Made by a program: the position numbers and the translations under genes. Below are positions 11,171 to 23,805 of a stretch of 64,000 nucleotides of DNA, piece after piece. Numbering within the stretch: the first letter of the stretch is position 1; every line of letters starts with the position of its first letter. The stretch covers positions 2,728,001-2,792,000 of the forward strand of contig JBLDXI010000017.1 of the NCBI GenBank assembly GCA_047495785.1, written 5' to 3'. The DNA is from Lepidodermella squamata (Eukaryota; Animalia; Gastrotricha). A model generated the notes under the pieces. It had not been told where the DNA came from. It made no database searches and saw only the letters and a list, made by a program, of their open reading frames with translations.

Positions 11171-13433
11171 TCAGCACAACCGCGTCTGCAGGAATGACAA
11201 AGTAGCCGCGAAGAGCATGATGAGACAGAAGACACCGAGCGAGATGAGGGCGATGCGCACCGGCTGCGTGAAAAACTCCTTCACAACCGGCCAGCAGCCG
11301 ATGCGCATGTACGAAGTGCGGTCCGAGAAGCCGTATTGCGGCGAGTCGACGCGCCGGCACAGGTCCAGCACCCAGCCTCGCGGCCGCCGGTTCTTGTAGT
11401 TCGGCTTCGGCGTCGATCGAACTGGTCCAAAATTGTCTCTCGTCGAGTTGTCCGGGTCGTAGTAGCGGCCGAGTCGGCAGCACGAGAGTGGGAACCGCCG
11501 TACTGGTCGCTCCTCGTCATCCTTGTACACCTGGCCGTCGTCGACTATAGTGCCTTCGAAATATGGCACCAGTTCTTCGTCTTCGAAATCGTGCCCGTCG
11601 TCGACACCGCAACACCGGAAGTAGCGGTGCACAAAGTTGATGAAATTGCTGATTGGATCGCACGTTTGAGTCGGATTGCCGCGAAATCTGTTGATGTATG
11701 AAGTTTTGGCGTTCACGCGCATATCCGCTTCGATTTGATCGACATTCTAATAAGAATACAAATAAAAATAGTTATTCCAACATTCCATAAATTTCTGTCT
11801 TTTAAATTTACATTCCTCCTTATGAGGCTTTCGGCAATTGTAAATCGTAAAGCTTCGGCTTAAGTGAACACTCAAGAAGCGCATCAAGCAATTTAAATTC
11901 GAGACATCAATGAGGCATTATCCGAACCGGACAGTTTTGAATTTGGATCTTAGGTTCTAATTCAATGCTTGAAGGGTGAAATTCGACGTTCCAACGAGTC
12001 CAACGAACCTTGACTCCTTTTTACTCGTTAATGAACTTTCATACGCATGGCCATGTATTATCCGTTATTTACAGGAATAAGTTGTAGGGAGTTTAAATGA
12101 GAATAATTACAGTGGAACCCCGATTTCCCGTCTGACGGGAAATCGCGACATGTAAATATTTAGGAGCGAATTGGACCCGCAGAGGGAAATTACACGCAAA
12201 ACTACCTAGATTTCCTGTCAATTTTGATTTCCCGCCAGGATTTTCGTGGAACCGCAGAAGACGGGAAATCGGGGTTCCACTGTACAAAAGTTTTTGATGA
12301 AATTTTGTAAAGTGCAGCAAAAACAGTGAAAATATGAAATAAATTCAAACCTGAAAGTAGATGCAAAGATATGCCGCGGTGATTCCGGTGAAAGCCATTA
12401 TTGCAACGATGTAAATGATATGCAGAACAACATTTATGGCTGGTTTTCGAGTCGTTTTACTCGCTATAACAGGCACAAAAAGGGCGTAAACTGCGACGAC
12501 GGCTAGAACTAGCCCAGCTGCGAACGCGCCTTGGAAGAAATTCGGAATAATTATTGCCGGTTCTAGAAGAAACCGGTCGAATTTGTTGCCACATTTCGTC
12601 GACAGTTGCATCATATCAGCGAAAATTCTGTTAACTTCGGAAGAATAGAACGGTTTGTAGGCGCTCGGCGCCCACGCGGCTAAACCAGCCATTATAGCTA
12701 CGACCAGACCAACAGCAGCTAAGAGGCAATTAACAGCAATGTAACAAACGACAACTACTCGGTCTCGCCGTTGAAAGTCGTCGCTTGCTCGAGATTTACT
12801 GCGCTTCTTCTTTTTAACCCTCATTTCCTGAGGCGGGGTGTCGCTGAGCGAGGACGACTGAAGATGCTCATCCATTTCGATATCTTCCAGTCCGTCCACG
12901 TAGTAACTGCTGCGACGGCTGCTCCGATGGGGATAAGTCAGTTGACTGCCTTCTACGACAACGTTTTCCTCATATTGCCTGCGAGCACTGGCAATATCTG
13001 CGATTTCTTGCGTGTGATGATGACGCCGGTGCCGCGAGTGGTGGCGGTGGCGACGCTCGAATCGTTCTACCCGCTCCGGTTCTGGTTCAATAGGGGCTGG
13101 CTCGCGGTGGTGATGGCGATGCCGGCGGCGACGATGCCTGTGTCGATGAGGGCGGTTAAAATGGCGCATCGAAGCTAGGTACATGGCCATAGCTCCAAAT
13201 GGATCCGCAGCGTTAAACCAATCGGCGCTTTTCGCCTTGATCCACGCGCCTACTGATGCGACACTTGATGGGCGGTGCTTCTCGCGTGGTAGCGACTCCA
13301 CGGACTCGGCGCTGTCAACATAATAGGGTGGCATGCCAGCAGTCGGATTTCCAGATCTGTGTCTGCGTTCGTGCCGCCGATGCCGGTATGGGTCATCGAA
13401 GGCCCTGATTCGATTGCCATTTTCAACTTTCAT
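11171..13433 (-). CDS. Tetraspanin-family protein with a long His/Arg-rich N-terminus; exons 13433-12351 and 11746-11171
   Basis: Exon 1 has three TM helices. Exon 2 has the EC2 motifs FRCCG, PLSCC and GC, then TM4. The join is a phase-0 CAG|GT...TAG|AAT. Confidence 0.85.
12110..12282. mobile_element. 173-bp Tc1/mariner(pogo)-type MITE in the tetraspanin intron
   Basis: Perfect 24-bp TIRs CAGTGGAACCCCGATTTCCCGTCT / AGACGGGAAATCGGGGTTCCACTG, with TA on both sides (12108-9, 12283-4). Confidence 0.9.
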
Positions 13434-15673
13434 TATTACTCAGAAAGCCGCCATCTATATAAAAAGAGCGTTGAGAATTTAACAATGAAGTACAAGAAAT
13501 AGTGAACGTGAAAAACTCGCTCGGTTCCTTTGGACACAAAGCATATAATGCCACTACGCACGACCAAAAATGAATAATAATAATAATCACACTACTTGAA
13601 GTTCAACCACCGCCAACGCGCGCGCCGAATAAAACAACACAACGCCACGACAGCATCACGTTATTACGAAGGTCGTGTTGTTTCAGGCCGAAATGTAAGC
13701 TCCTAATACGCTGCAATAAGAAAAACGTTTCCCCAACCGAGGTAATAACCCGAGGATGTGCACAACAAAGGATTTCTGTGTGCAATCTGAACAAAAAGGT
13801 CTCAGAATGGCTAGCGAGAAAACTCTGCGGCAAAATAACAAAACGACAAAAAGTACCCATTTAATTTTACGAGACATACTTGATTGCGAGAAAAGAACAA
13901 ACAATTACAACGCCGGGTTCCTTAAGATACTATTGTGGGACTCCCAAAAAATGTCATACTCAATTTCATACTATTCATACTATTCATCCACGTTTTGCAG
14001 CGCGTATCTCCCAAATTATAAATTATTACAATCTCACTTTTCGGATTATTTTAATCAAGTTCAAGTGAATGTGGGATATACTTATATCACGAGACTGAGA
14101 ATTTAGTTATTAATGAGAAATATGCTTTAAAAAGTCTACAAGGTCTACAAGGAGCTCAAGTATCGCTCAAAGACGATTTCAGCTCTTGGAGTCTCTCGGA
14201 GTGAGTCACCGCCCAATCGCAGCATAACTGAGCACGATTCCATCAGAAATTCAGAAAGTAGCCCTGATCGATATATTACACGAGAAATTTCCTTACTCAA
14301 GAAGGGTAAATACAATCTAGCATTGGAACTGAGAGGCATAACAACACTCATTACTCCAAGAAAACGGATGGGTGATAAGCATAGTTCGAATATTGGTAGT
14401 TTGATAGTGATACACCTCAAGCTGTACCACCCCAAAAATACCGGATGGCCGCAGAAGCAGTGCATGTCTTATTTTGTGAATGAATTCTTTAATTGCGGTT
14501 AACATCCAACGTCTACGACATTAGTGGAATTTATCACCGCAATATCTATCCTGTCTCGTGTCAGGGAACGTCTGAATGTCCAAGCTAACATCCAATTACC
14601 TCGGCGAATCATCAAAAAGGTCTTTGAGAAGAAATTAAGCAAAGTTTAAAGGCATCGGCTGGACTCCAAAAACCAGAGAGACTGAAAAGTAGACGATGCA
14701 CATGGCGACATGTGTCATGGGCATTTAATCTATAATAGAGCTACCAGCTTTTATCGAGTTATTTTCAGTGATTGGTGTATGAGCAATGGCCTTGAGCGAC
14801 GAGGTTGCGAGGCGTCGCGAACCCTCAGTGTAGGCTTTGGGGTTTTGGGATGAAGACTGGGCGCAACTCCTTACTTACGCCGCTGGATGCAATTCATGTA
14901 TTTCTACCTGAAAATTGATACATGGGTTTATTATCATGTGCCGATTGAAACTGCGCGTGGAGCAATAATTTCGCGTACAGAGTCGCGCAATCATCCAGGA
15001 ATCGTTGAAAAGGTATCGAAATTGAGAGGTTTCATCCAGATCAGTTACAAGTAGCTCTTCCTAGCTGCCTTGTAACAAACTCGCTAGCATTTTGGGTTAC
15101 GGGACTAGGCGAGTAGCATCGCGTAGAACTAAATGTTAAAACGTTGCTGGCCACGCGCCACACTCTCTCGTTTTCTCGAAATGGTGGGCGATCTTTCCTA
15201 CACCCTACATCGTGTCGTGTGTCGTGTTGCTGCCGTTGTCCATATAAAGCGAAGCAAACGACTCCCCCAGTAAAAGTCACTCTCAGCCAGATGCGGATCA
15301 CATTACAGTCATGAAAAATTAAAAATATATTATACTGAGTTTGATAACAACATAAACCATAATTCTAAATTACTTTCGAGTTTATCAAAATAATTAACCA
15401 CATCATGACCATTGCGCGGGATTTATAAAAAGGACGACGACGAGAGCACGAATCGCGAATCGCGAACTAGATGGATTGTAGTCTGTGGCAGTTGTCGAAA
15501 CTCGAAATCTGTGAACTTCTGTATGCGAGAGATAACTTATAACTTAACTGGCTGCCAACTAGTCAATAACTGGTAGTTATTAATATCTCATTGTCTCGAA
15601 CTTCGTAACCGAGACCTGCCAGCTGCGTTTGGTAGAAAAACGTGTTATTAAGAGTTAACAGCTATCAGCTTTC

Positions 15674-15912
15674 TGAGACGTGGCAAGCGATTTCGGCCGG
15701 TATTCAAAAAGGCAACAGCTGATGCATACAGGGTTGCCCACGGGCTGGGTACGGGGTACGGGTATTACTGACGTGTCGGGTCGGGACTCGATTTTTAACC
15801 TGTAGACAACTCTAATCATTATAGGCATAATCATTAAGCATAATCATTATTGCACATTACCCATTTTTTAAATGACTGCGAAGATAGGGCCGAAATCGCG
15901 TGCCACGCCTCA
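15674..15912. mobile_element. Degenerate MITE-like element with 25-bp imperfect TIRs
   Basis: TGAGACGTGGCAAGCGATTTCGGCC against the reverse complement of GGCCGAAATCGCGTGCCACGCCTCA matches at 23/25. No clear TSD. Confidence 0.55.
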
Positions 15913-16084
15913 TCTGTGCTACTCCAATCACCATCTCATCATCCACTGTATTGCTGTAGTATTGTTTTCCACAACATGCTACAGAAATAGCTGTTTCGTA
16001 TCTTTAATATAGCCTCATATCGGGAATACGAGTCGAATATTTTATTTTATACTTAGGTTATTCATTTACAATTGTTGAGTTTAA

Positions 16085-17682
16085 ATGCTTTGTGAATCGT
16101 CAGACATATGGCAAAGTACGAAGCAGTCACTAACTTCGAAACACGGGGAAGTTATTGACGTCGTCGGTCGAAATGAAGAGCTAGCAGCGGTTGAAGCCTT
16201 CGTCAACACATGCATCGAAAGCAACAGCGGTTCAACTCTTTATGTTGCTGGTGCCCCTGGCTGTGGGAAATCAGCAGTTATGCACGTGGTGGTTCAAAAT
16301 GTAAGTGGTAACCAAGCTTTCTCTATGTATAAATTACTAGTTACTTACTATGCATTGCAGTATGAAAGAGGCTCGGACGAAATGGGAAAGCCGCTAATGA
16401 AATTGAACACACTTTTCTTGAATTGCCTACAACTCGATGGAGTTGACGAACTGCGTCGTAAAGTCGAGGAAAAGCGCCAAGAATTGGAATCGCTATCTTC
16501 AAAAGAAAACGGCGGGACGAAACGTCGAAGGGGGCGGTCGGCGAAGAAGGTTGAAGAGCCTACAATAGAACCGCCTAGCCAATGGCTGTTTGTTGAATTA
16601 TCATCATAGCATTTGTTTGTATTAATTTACTACTCTTTTTCAGCTTAGTCATAGCCGATGAGCTTGATCAACTGCGAGGCATATCTGACAAACAGATATT
16701 CAACGATCCTCATCTCATATTTATTGGTGATTACTTCAACTGAACAAAATTCAGATGATAATTGACAATTCTACGTAAATAGGTGTGTCGAACCGCCTGG
16801 ATTTGTCTGATAAGGTTTCGGCAACCCCTCGGCGAAATAGTGTTGCTCCCAAACGTTCATCAGCTGCCCAAAAACCAAGTTTCATGATGGGTGGATCGGT
16901 CCTCAATTTCAAGCCGTACACCGCCGAACAGTTGACAGCAATAATGCAAGCCCGCCTGGAGAAAATCAAAGGCGCATCGGCATTCTTTCATCCAGCCGCT
17001 CTGATGTTCTGCGCTAAACGAGTCGCCGCATGCAGTGGCGACGCGAGGCAAGCTCTTGATCTCGCTCGCCGAGCCATGGACCTTGCTATTCAACGGTGTA
17101 ACCCGGATGGCGATGAATCTAATACTAAAGATGTTGTTGTAACCGTGCCGGATGTTGCTAACGTCGTGAACGCTGTGTTCGGTTCAATTTTGACCGACGC
17201 CCCTGCTGCCCCGGCCTCTGGCGCGAACCCATCAAATTCTGGCCCTGGGCTGCCCTTACACGAACGCCTAGCTCTTGTGGCTGTTTTGAATGCAATTTCT
17301 GCCAGTGCAGATATACCGCGAATGTCTATCGGAGGCCGAACCCCAGGTCGGAAAGGTCAGTTTTTGATATTTGTCCTCTTGAGTGTTTAATCGAAAGCCG
17401 ATTTCAGGAAAAAATGATACACACTGCCCGCTGATGCGAGTTTATTCGACGTACACTAGCCAGTGCCGCGAACACAAAATCGACCCGCTAAATCAGTCGG
17501 ATTTCAGCGATGTCTGCGGTCGCCTGGCTGACAAACGCCTTGTTGCTGTCGCCCCCGCGCCTGCAAAGCAGCCACTTGCTGGCCCGTCCATCAGTCTGCG
17601 AGTCACAGTCGACGAGATGAAAACTTTCCTCGAAAAGCACTCTCTTTGCAATCTTATGCTCAATCGCATCGAAGAGTCTTAG
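16085..17682 (+). CDS. CDC6: Cell division control protein 6 (AAA+ ATPase with winged helix), multi-exon
   Basis: VVGRNEE; Walker A LYVAGAPGCGKS; Walker B LVIADELDQL (~16645); FKPYTAEQL; CAKRVAACSGDARQALDLARRA; C-terminal winged-helix region. Confidence 0.92.
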
Positions 17683-18095
17683 TTTGATGCCTGTTTTATT
17701 ATCATGATTTGTTGCTTTCTTTATACAGTTGTTTTGTGATCACCGGGACAAACTCTCCTTTATGATACATTGTTCGACACAATAAAATTATCTGTACCGA
17801 CTGCCCAGTGATGAGATTCTTATTTCTCAGGTTTTCAAGGTTGCTTTACGGAGAGCTAGGTTATCCTGACAGCCCATGGACAGATTGTACAAAATTCTCG
17901 TAAATGGCAGCTTATCCCTTGACGTTTCGACTGCTAGGAAAAGTAAATAAGAAAAGTATACCGATTATCACGTTACAGGGCAGGGTTTCAAAAACTAATG
18001 ATAAAATAATAATAATACAGCAGAAGATTTACTTTCAAGCCATTTACACCTGAAATCACCAGTAGTTCAATAAATGTAATGTCCAATGTCTTCTT

Positions 18096-18635
18096 TTAAC
18101 ATCGGTTGTAGCTACCGATGTGTCGATTGCAGTTGGGGCAGCGATGTGCCACGTCCTTGAAGGAATCACAGCAGAGCGGGATGAGACAACAGCCGCACCA
18201 AAGGCCGAAGAACAGGAACGCCCCGAATGAACCCCAAGCACAAACACCAGCCTGGTGCTCGATACGAGTAGTTATCACCATGTTACAATAAGGGCATGCC
18301 ATGTTACACGGGAATGGGCCAAGCTGTGGGCGAATCAAGGAAACTGCAGAATATTACGTTTTTTTGAAGGGATTACAGAGTGAAAGGCTGGTTTTACCTG
18401 GTGAGACCGGTTGGTGAATGATTATGTTGACGGAGGGTGACGTCGGCAAATGGGTAGGAGGATGGGCGGCTGGATTATTGTTGAAGAGTGGCTGCGGATA
18501 GGCCATTTGATAAGGTGGAGGCTGTTCGGAAACCACCACTGGCGTAAATTCCCCACTCGCTATCATCGTGTCGTTGTAGCAAGGCGGAGCCGTTGGCGCA
18601 ACACTTTGCTGCGCAAATTTGCGAGAAGCAGCCAT
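18096..18635 (-). CDS. LITAF-domain protein 2 (PTAP and PPPY)
   Basis: MAASRK...APTAPP...QPPPY...|...GPFPCNMACPYC...GCCLIPLCC...DVAHRCPNC. Confidence 0.95.
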
Positions 18636-19172
18636 CGAGAGATTTAAGTTCAGGTTTTGCTCATACAAAGCTACGTTTAAAATAACGATGCGACACACCA
18701 AACATCAATCTATATCGAGGCGCTATGATTCATTGTAAAAACAATAGCAGCTTCCCTTACTAGATTATTAACAGGCGTTGAAAAAAACACGAAAGGTGCG
18801 ATCGAAAATGATAAGCTGCATTTATTTTGCGCGCAAATTCACGCGTATAATGTATGTATAAGTAAATGGTAACTGCATAGTTAATAATTAATTTCGATTT
18901 TGGGCTTCACATCGATTTATCACTGGCGTGAAGCCGATCAATACATATATCAATAAGGCTGCTTTTTTCGAAAATAAAAAATTCAAAAATTCACATGTCA
19001 TTACTGCAATTTTTCCAGAGCATTCGAAGCCTTTCGACCAGTCTGCAAAAATTAACATAAATTCGAGCAGTCTCTTCACGCTCCGTTAACAATATTCTAG
19101 TCATTGAAAAGTAAATAAATGAAAATCGGAAATGAAGTGTAGGGTCTTTCCGTGGAATCCATAAATTTCGTG

Positions 19173-19724
19173 TCACATCCGGTTGTAGCGTCCCACGACT
19201 GTTTTACAATTGGGACAAACGTGAACGGCGTCTTTGCAGGAATTGACACACAGTGGAATTAAACAGCAGCCAAGCCTAAAAAAATAATCATTGCACAAAT
19301 AATCAAGGCGAAAACTGCAAACCAACCAGAATCCGAAGAATAGAATGATACCGACCATCATCCAAGTCATACACCCGTTCTCGTAATGAACCTGTGTCGT
19401 TATTTGCGACTTGCAGTTAATGCATGTGGTCACAGTCGGGTACGCCCCAAGAATGGCTGGCATAGTCATGTTTGTTGAAATGACAACGGTGTTAGTTGGC
19501 TGAGTAAAGACAGGGGGCGCCATTCCTGGAGTACGAGCTTTACAACAAAATAATTTAGTTATTTCAGAAATAATACCATATTGATTGCCATAATTGCCTT
19601 GGTTATTATAAGGCGGCTGTTGAGGTGGATAACCATAATTTGGTTGGGCGGGTTGATAGTAACCAGGAGGAGGAGGATTGCCCCCTTCGATGCTATTTGG
19701 ATGTGGCGCAGTCTTATTTTCCAT
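19173..19724 (-). CDS. LITAF-domain protein 3
   Basis: PPPPGYY N-terminus; TTCINC...GFW|LGCCLIPLCVNSCKDAVHVCPNC. Confidence 0.95.
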   Translation of the reverse strand: MENKTAPHPNSIEGGNPPPPGYYQPAQPNYGYPPQQPPYNNQGNYGNQYGIISEITKLFCCKARTPGMAPPVFTQPTNTVVISTNMTMPAILGAYPTVTTCINCKSQITTQVHYENGCMTWMMVGIILFFGFWLVCSFRLDYLCNDYFFRLGCCLIPLCVNSCKDAVHVCPNCKTVVGRYNRM

Positions 19725-20075
19725 GTGCCTCAGTGGATTAGTGTTGGGCAAAACTCGAAACAAAACAAAGTAGGGCAGGTCTTGCAACTACGACGAAAAC
19801 AACTACGACAGGTTTTACCTTAGCGACCGATCGATTAATCCCAGCCAATAGCGTTGTTTCAAAACGATCAATGATTCATTTATGACATTTATTATGCTTC
19901 ACAATGCATCGAGTAAAAAACCATACGGCGGAAATCATTCATTCGAACCATCAACGATAGAAAATATAATAGTATGTACAAAAACATCAAATATGCGGTA
20001 AAAATCAACGTAATGCATTTATACAAAGCTAAAATCTGGCAAGCTACAAAGTCTTTTAAAAATTGCTGTGCATTT

Positions 20076-21721
20076 TCACTGTTGTGAACTGGATTCCGCC
20101 GATGAAGCGAGCGAGGCGGCGAGTTGGGCGAAGGTCTGAGGCGAAAAGGCCGGCTGTGCAACGCGGTGAAAGTACGGATTGTACTGCGAGAAGTACGGGT
20201 TGTAGCCGCCGTAGTAGGCCATCGAGCTCGGGTTGGCGAAAAACGGTGCGTACTGATTGTAAACGGCGCCGTTTTGCGAAGCCATCGAACAGCTAGAACG
20301 AAGTTCAGGTTGCTCAACGAACGCAGGCGACTGTTGAAGCGGTTGTTGTTGCAACGATTGAGCCCAGTTGGCGACTTGATCTTCGGTCGGCGTGGAACCG
20401 GCTACGTAGTTCGGCGGCGAGGCGTAGTTGCTCAAACTTGACATGTAGCCAGACGAAGCACGAGAACCACCGATGAAAGCGCGAGGGTCGGTCGGAGAGG
20501 TGTTCGAGAAGCCATTTGTCGACGAAACAGGGCGATCTTCGTCGCTGTCAGAGCGAGATTCGACACGGAGCTGACCCGACTGGAAACTGTTGAAGCCTAG
20601 AAAATTATTGAATTAGTCAATGTCAAAATGAAATTAATTGAATTGTTCAACGTACCAGTGTCACCAGAGGTGTTAGGGCTGATAACTGGAACAGTTTCTT
20701 CGGTAGCCTGACGCTTCGGCGCTGTGTCACTTGAGGTATCTTCATCGCTATCAACAGGCCGAGCGCGTTTTCGCGGATTAACAGCACGAGAACGAGCAGG
20801 TTGTTGTTGCTGTTGCGGTTCATCGTCTTCTGGCTGTTCAGAGGAAGGAACATCGCCAAGATCAACGATTTGATTGACGAAGTGGCGAATCGTAGCAAAG
20901 TAGTTGTCGACCATTTGCGAGCCAGGACCGGCCTTGTTCGGCGGCGGCATCGGGGTCGAAGCGGCGTTGCCATCAGCCGGGTTAGCGCGACCGGGTGGAA
21001 ACTTGGCACCGCGTAGAACGGCGCGGCGGCGTGCGTTCTGAAACCAGACCTTGATTTGATTTTGATTGACAACGCCGCCGAGACAGCGTGAAATTGCTTC
21101 GCGTTGAGGACGAGTCGGGTAATGAACGCGCTCGAAAACAGCGTTGAGAAATTCACGTTGATAACGATTGTAAGCGGCCCGAGAACGAGGCGGGGCAAGC
21201 GGCATTCGCGGTGTTGGCTGAGCTGATTCTATAGCAAAAAAATAAATTAAATATCGAATTAATTATTCAATTTTTTCAAATTACGAGCCTTTAGCAACTG
21301 GCATTTGCTGTTGCTGCGGTTGTTGCATAAGGATCGGCTGAGCAGGGATTTGCGGGCGTTCGCGGTAGTTGTTCATCGTGACGTTCGGCGGGTATTGGCT
21401 GACTTCTTGTTGCTGTTGGTAGTACAAGTTGTAATTCGGTTGCGGGTGAAAGTGCGCGGGTGCGGGAACAGCCGCCTGGTTAACCGGCGCATCGCTGCCC
21501 GAGGTCGACTCTTCGCTGTCACTGTCACTTTCGGAATCTGACGATGAGCTCGATTCTTCAGTTTGAACAACCGGCTGGCTAACGACGTAGTTGATAGGCG
21601 TGACCGGCAGTTGGCGTTGTTGCTGCATGACGGCCGCGCTTGGCATCGCGAAGTTGCCGAGCTGGTTGAGCAGGTGGCTGGCGAACTCATTCTCAGGCGC
21701 AAGCACTGCTTGGTGGTACAT
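20076..21721 (-). CDS. Divergent homeobox transcription factor, probably 3 exons
   Basis: Homeodomain PPRSRAAYNRYQREFLNAVFERVHYPTRPQREAISRCLGGVVNQNQIKVWFQNARRR with Q/P/S-rich flanks. The exon 2-3 join is in frame. The exon 1-2 join needs a non-standard donor. A TATATAA lies upstream near 21805-21811. Confidence 0.85.
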
Positions 21722-22456
21722 TGTATCAGCTGAGTTTTTAACAGTCAAATATTTAAGCGAGAAATTCGATTGCGTTTTGTTTCTACTGAACAAGATGTTT
21801 CACCTTATATAGGTACAAGACGGGATTTTCGAATTTAGCACCTATTTTCTCGTTAAAATTGTCTAAACACTTGAAGAGGGGATTAAGATGTCTTGAGAGG
21901 GTGGGGTCGCTCTGCAACACGTGTTGCACGCAGGGCTATGCAGAAGTCGTGCAGGAGCGATTCAACTGTGTTTCGGGCTTAGCTCTTGGGGTTCAGGTGA
22001 GCGAGCAGGGATTAAGTGCGACACACGGGCGACACACTGGGCGGATGACGAGGCTAGTGCGCGCACGCAAGACGCGAGCGCCCGGATGCGTGCGCGTTCA
22101 CGCTTAGTTAATTTACCGTTAATACGAAACAAAAACCGGAAGTCGGTATCGTAGAAGGCGCAAGACGGGTAGAAAGACACCGCACTAGTGTGAATTAAGG
22201 CGGCGGTTTTATAGATATTTCATAGACTTACAACCGGCTGTTAATTGCCGTGTATAGCAGTAGACAACAATTTGAACTGTTTAAAATTGTTTTGATCTAT
22301 TTTGGGAAATGAAAGTGGCGATTGTTGTAGTCGACCTGTGATTAATTTACCGACAAAACACGCATGATGACGCAACATTGATGATGCTGTTTTTTATTTC
22401 TTGTTTTTTTTGTACATTATTTGTACTCAATCCAAGTCAAAAAATTGTCGCGATGA

Positions 22457-23063
22457 TCAAACTTCAATTTTAACTGATTTCCCGATCAGATATTTGCATT
22501 TCGGACAGCAGTGATAAGCGTCTTTGAAGTATTTGACAAAAAATGGGACGAGACAGCAGCCAAGCCTGAAAATATAATTATTTTTAAATTCTGTTCTCAG
22601 AGGATTTAGAGGGCCGTGTCCCGAATTAGGAAAATTCTGAACACATATTTATAAAAAGCAATTACCAGAGGCCAAAGACAATGCAGATTCCGAAGCACAG
22701 CCAAGCGAAGAACCCAACTTTATATCTGACATTGGTTGTAATATCTTCCCGACAATTAGGACATTGAACCTCTTTCGGTACTATTCCCAGGCCTTGCATT
22801 TGGCCTACAGTTTCTTGCGGGCTTGGCGGTGGCATTTGAATGGCAACAACGCCGCTTGACGATTCCATTTGAGCGGTGGGTGGTGGCGGGCAGGAGATAT
22901 TGGTCTGCGAGGCTGATGGCGCGGTCATAATTAGGGTCGGTAATTGCACAGAAAAAACCGAGTCGCGGTAGTAAGTTTCGCGTAGATCTTGTTGCCGAAT
23001 GACTAACTCGCCGCTACTTGGCGACACGACGACTACATCCGGATCGCTCACTGATGACATCAT
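22457..23063 (-). CDS. LITAF-domain protein 4 (no PPxY motif)
   Basis: PKEVQCPNC...FGLW|LGCCLVPFFVKYFKDAYHCCPKCKYLIGK. Confidence 0.93.
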
Positions 23064-23805
23064 CTCCGCGGCTACGCTGCTAATTTCATAGTAATTTATC
23101 AAAAATTAGCAGTGCCATCATATCTAGGCATCTTATGTTATTCAGGCGCTTGATGATGCCGTTTGGTCTTTTACACCACCGCCTATTTGCTTAGCTGTCC
23201 AATATACAAAAACCGACGCGAACTATATAGTCTTTTTATCACATCACCGTGGATGTTATTATACACATCAAATAACATTTGATCTTCCATATATAATAAA
23301 GACAACGTCGGATGCGCAGAATGTTAGGATCCTCCTTAATAAACATCATGTCAAGTGTGAGGGCCGCACCCATCAATCTCAGGCCTGAGTCATATGAGAG
23401 TCTTCAAATAAAGTGGCCTGCAAAACGAGATTCAAATGAATTCGAAGTTAACCGTACCTGATGCGCAGTATTTTCAGGTGCAAAAGCAAATAAAAACCTT
23501 TACCCCGCACTTGACTTAATTAGTCATCTAATATCGATGAAAATCTCGGCTCGGCATGCAAAAATATCGATGTATTGTTATCATATCATAAGCGAGCGCG
23601 ATTTTGAATTCTACTGCAGATCGAGGTGCATTGTTTGCCCGTGCCTTTTTTCATTAAAGGTGACACTTATAGCCTCTCGGCCGCTGTATTTACGATGCTG
23701 GTCGATACCGTGTTCCAAGGTTGACAGACCTGCCGCCAGGCAACTTCCTGCTTTATCTATTTTCCACGAATTTATATGTTGGCGAAACATTTTGAACATA
23801 TTGAT

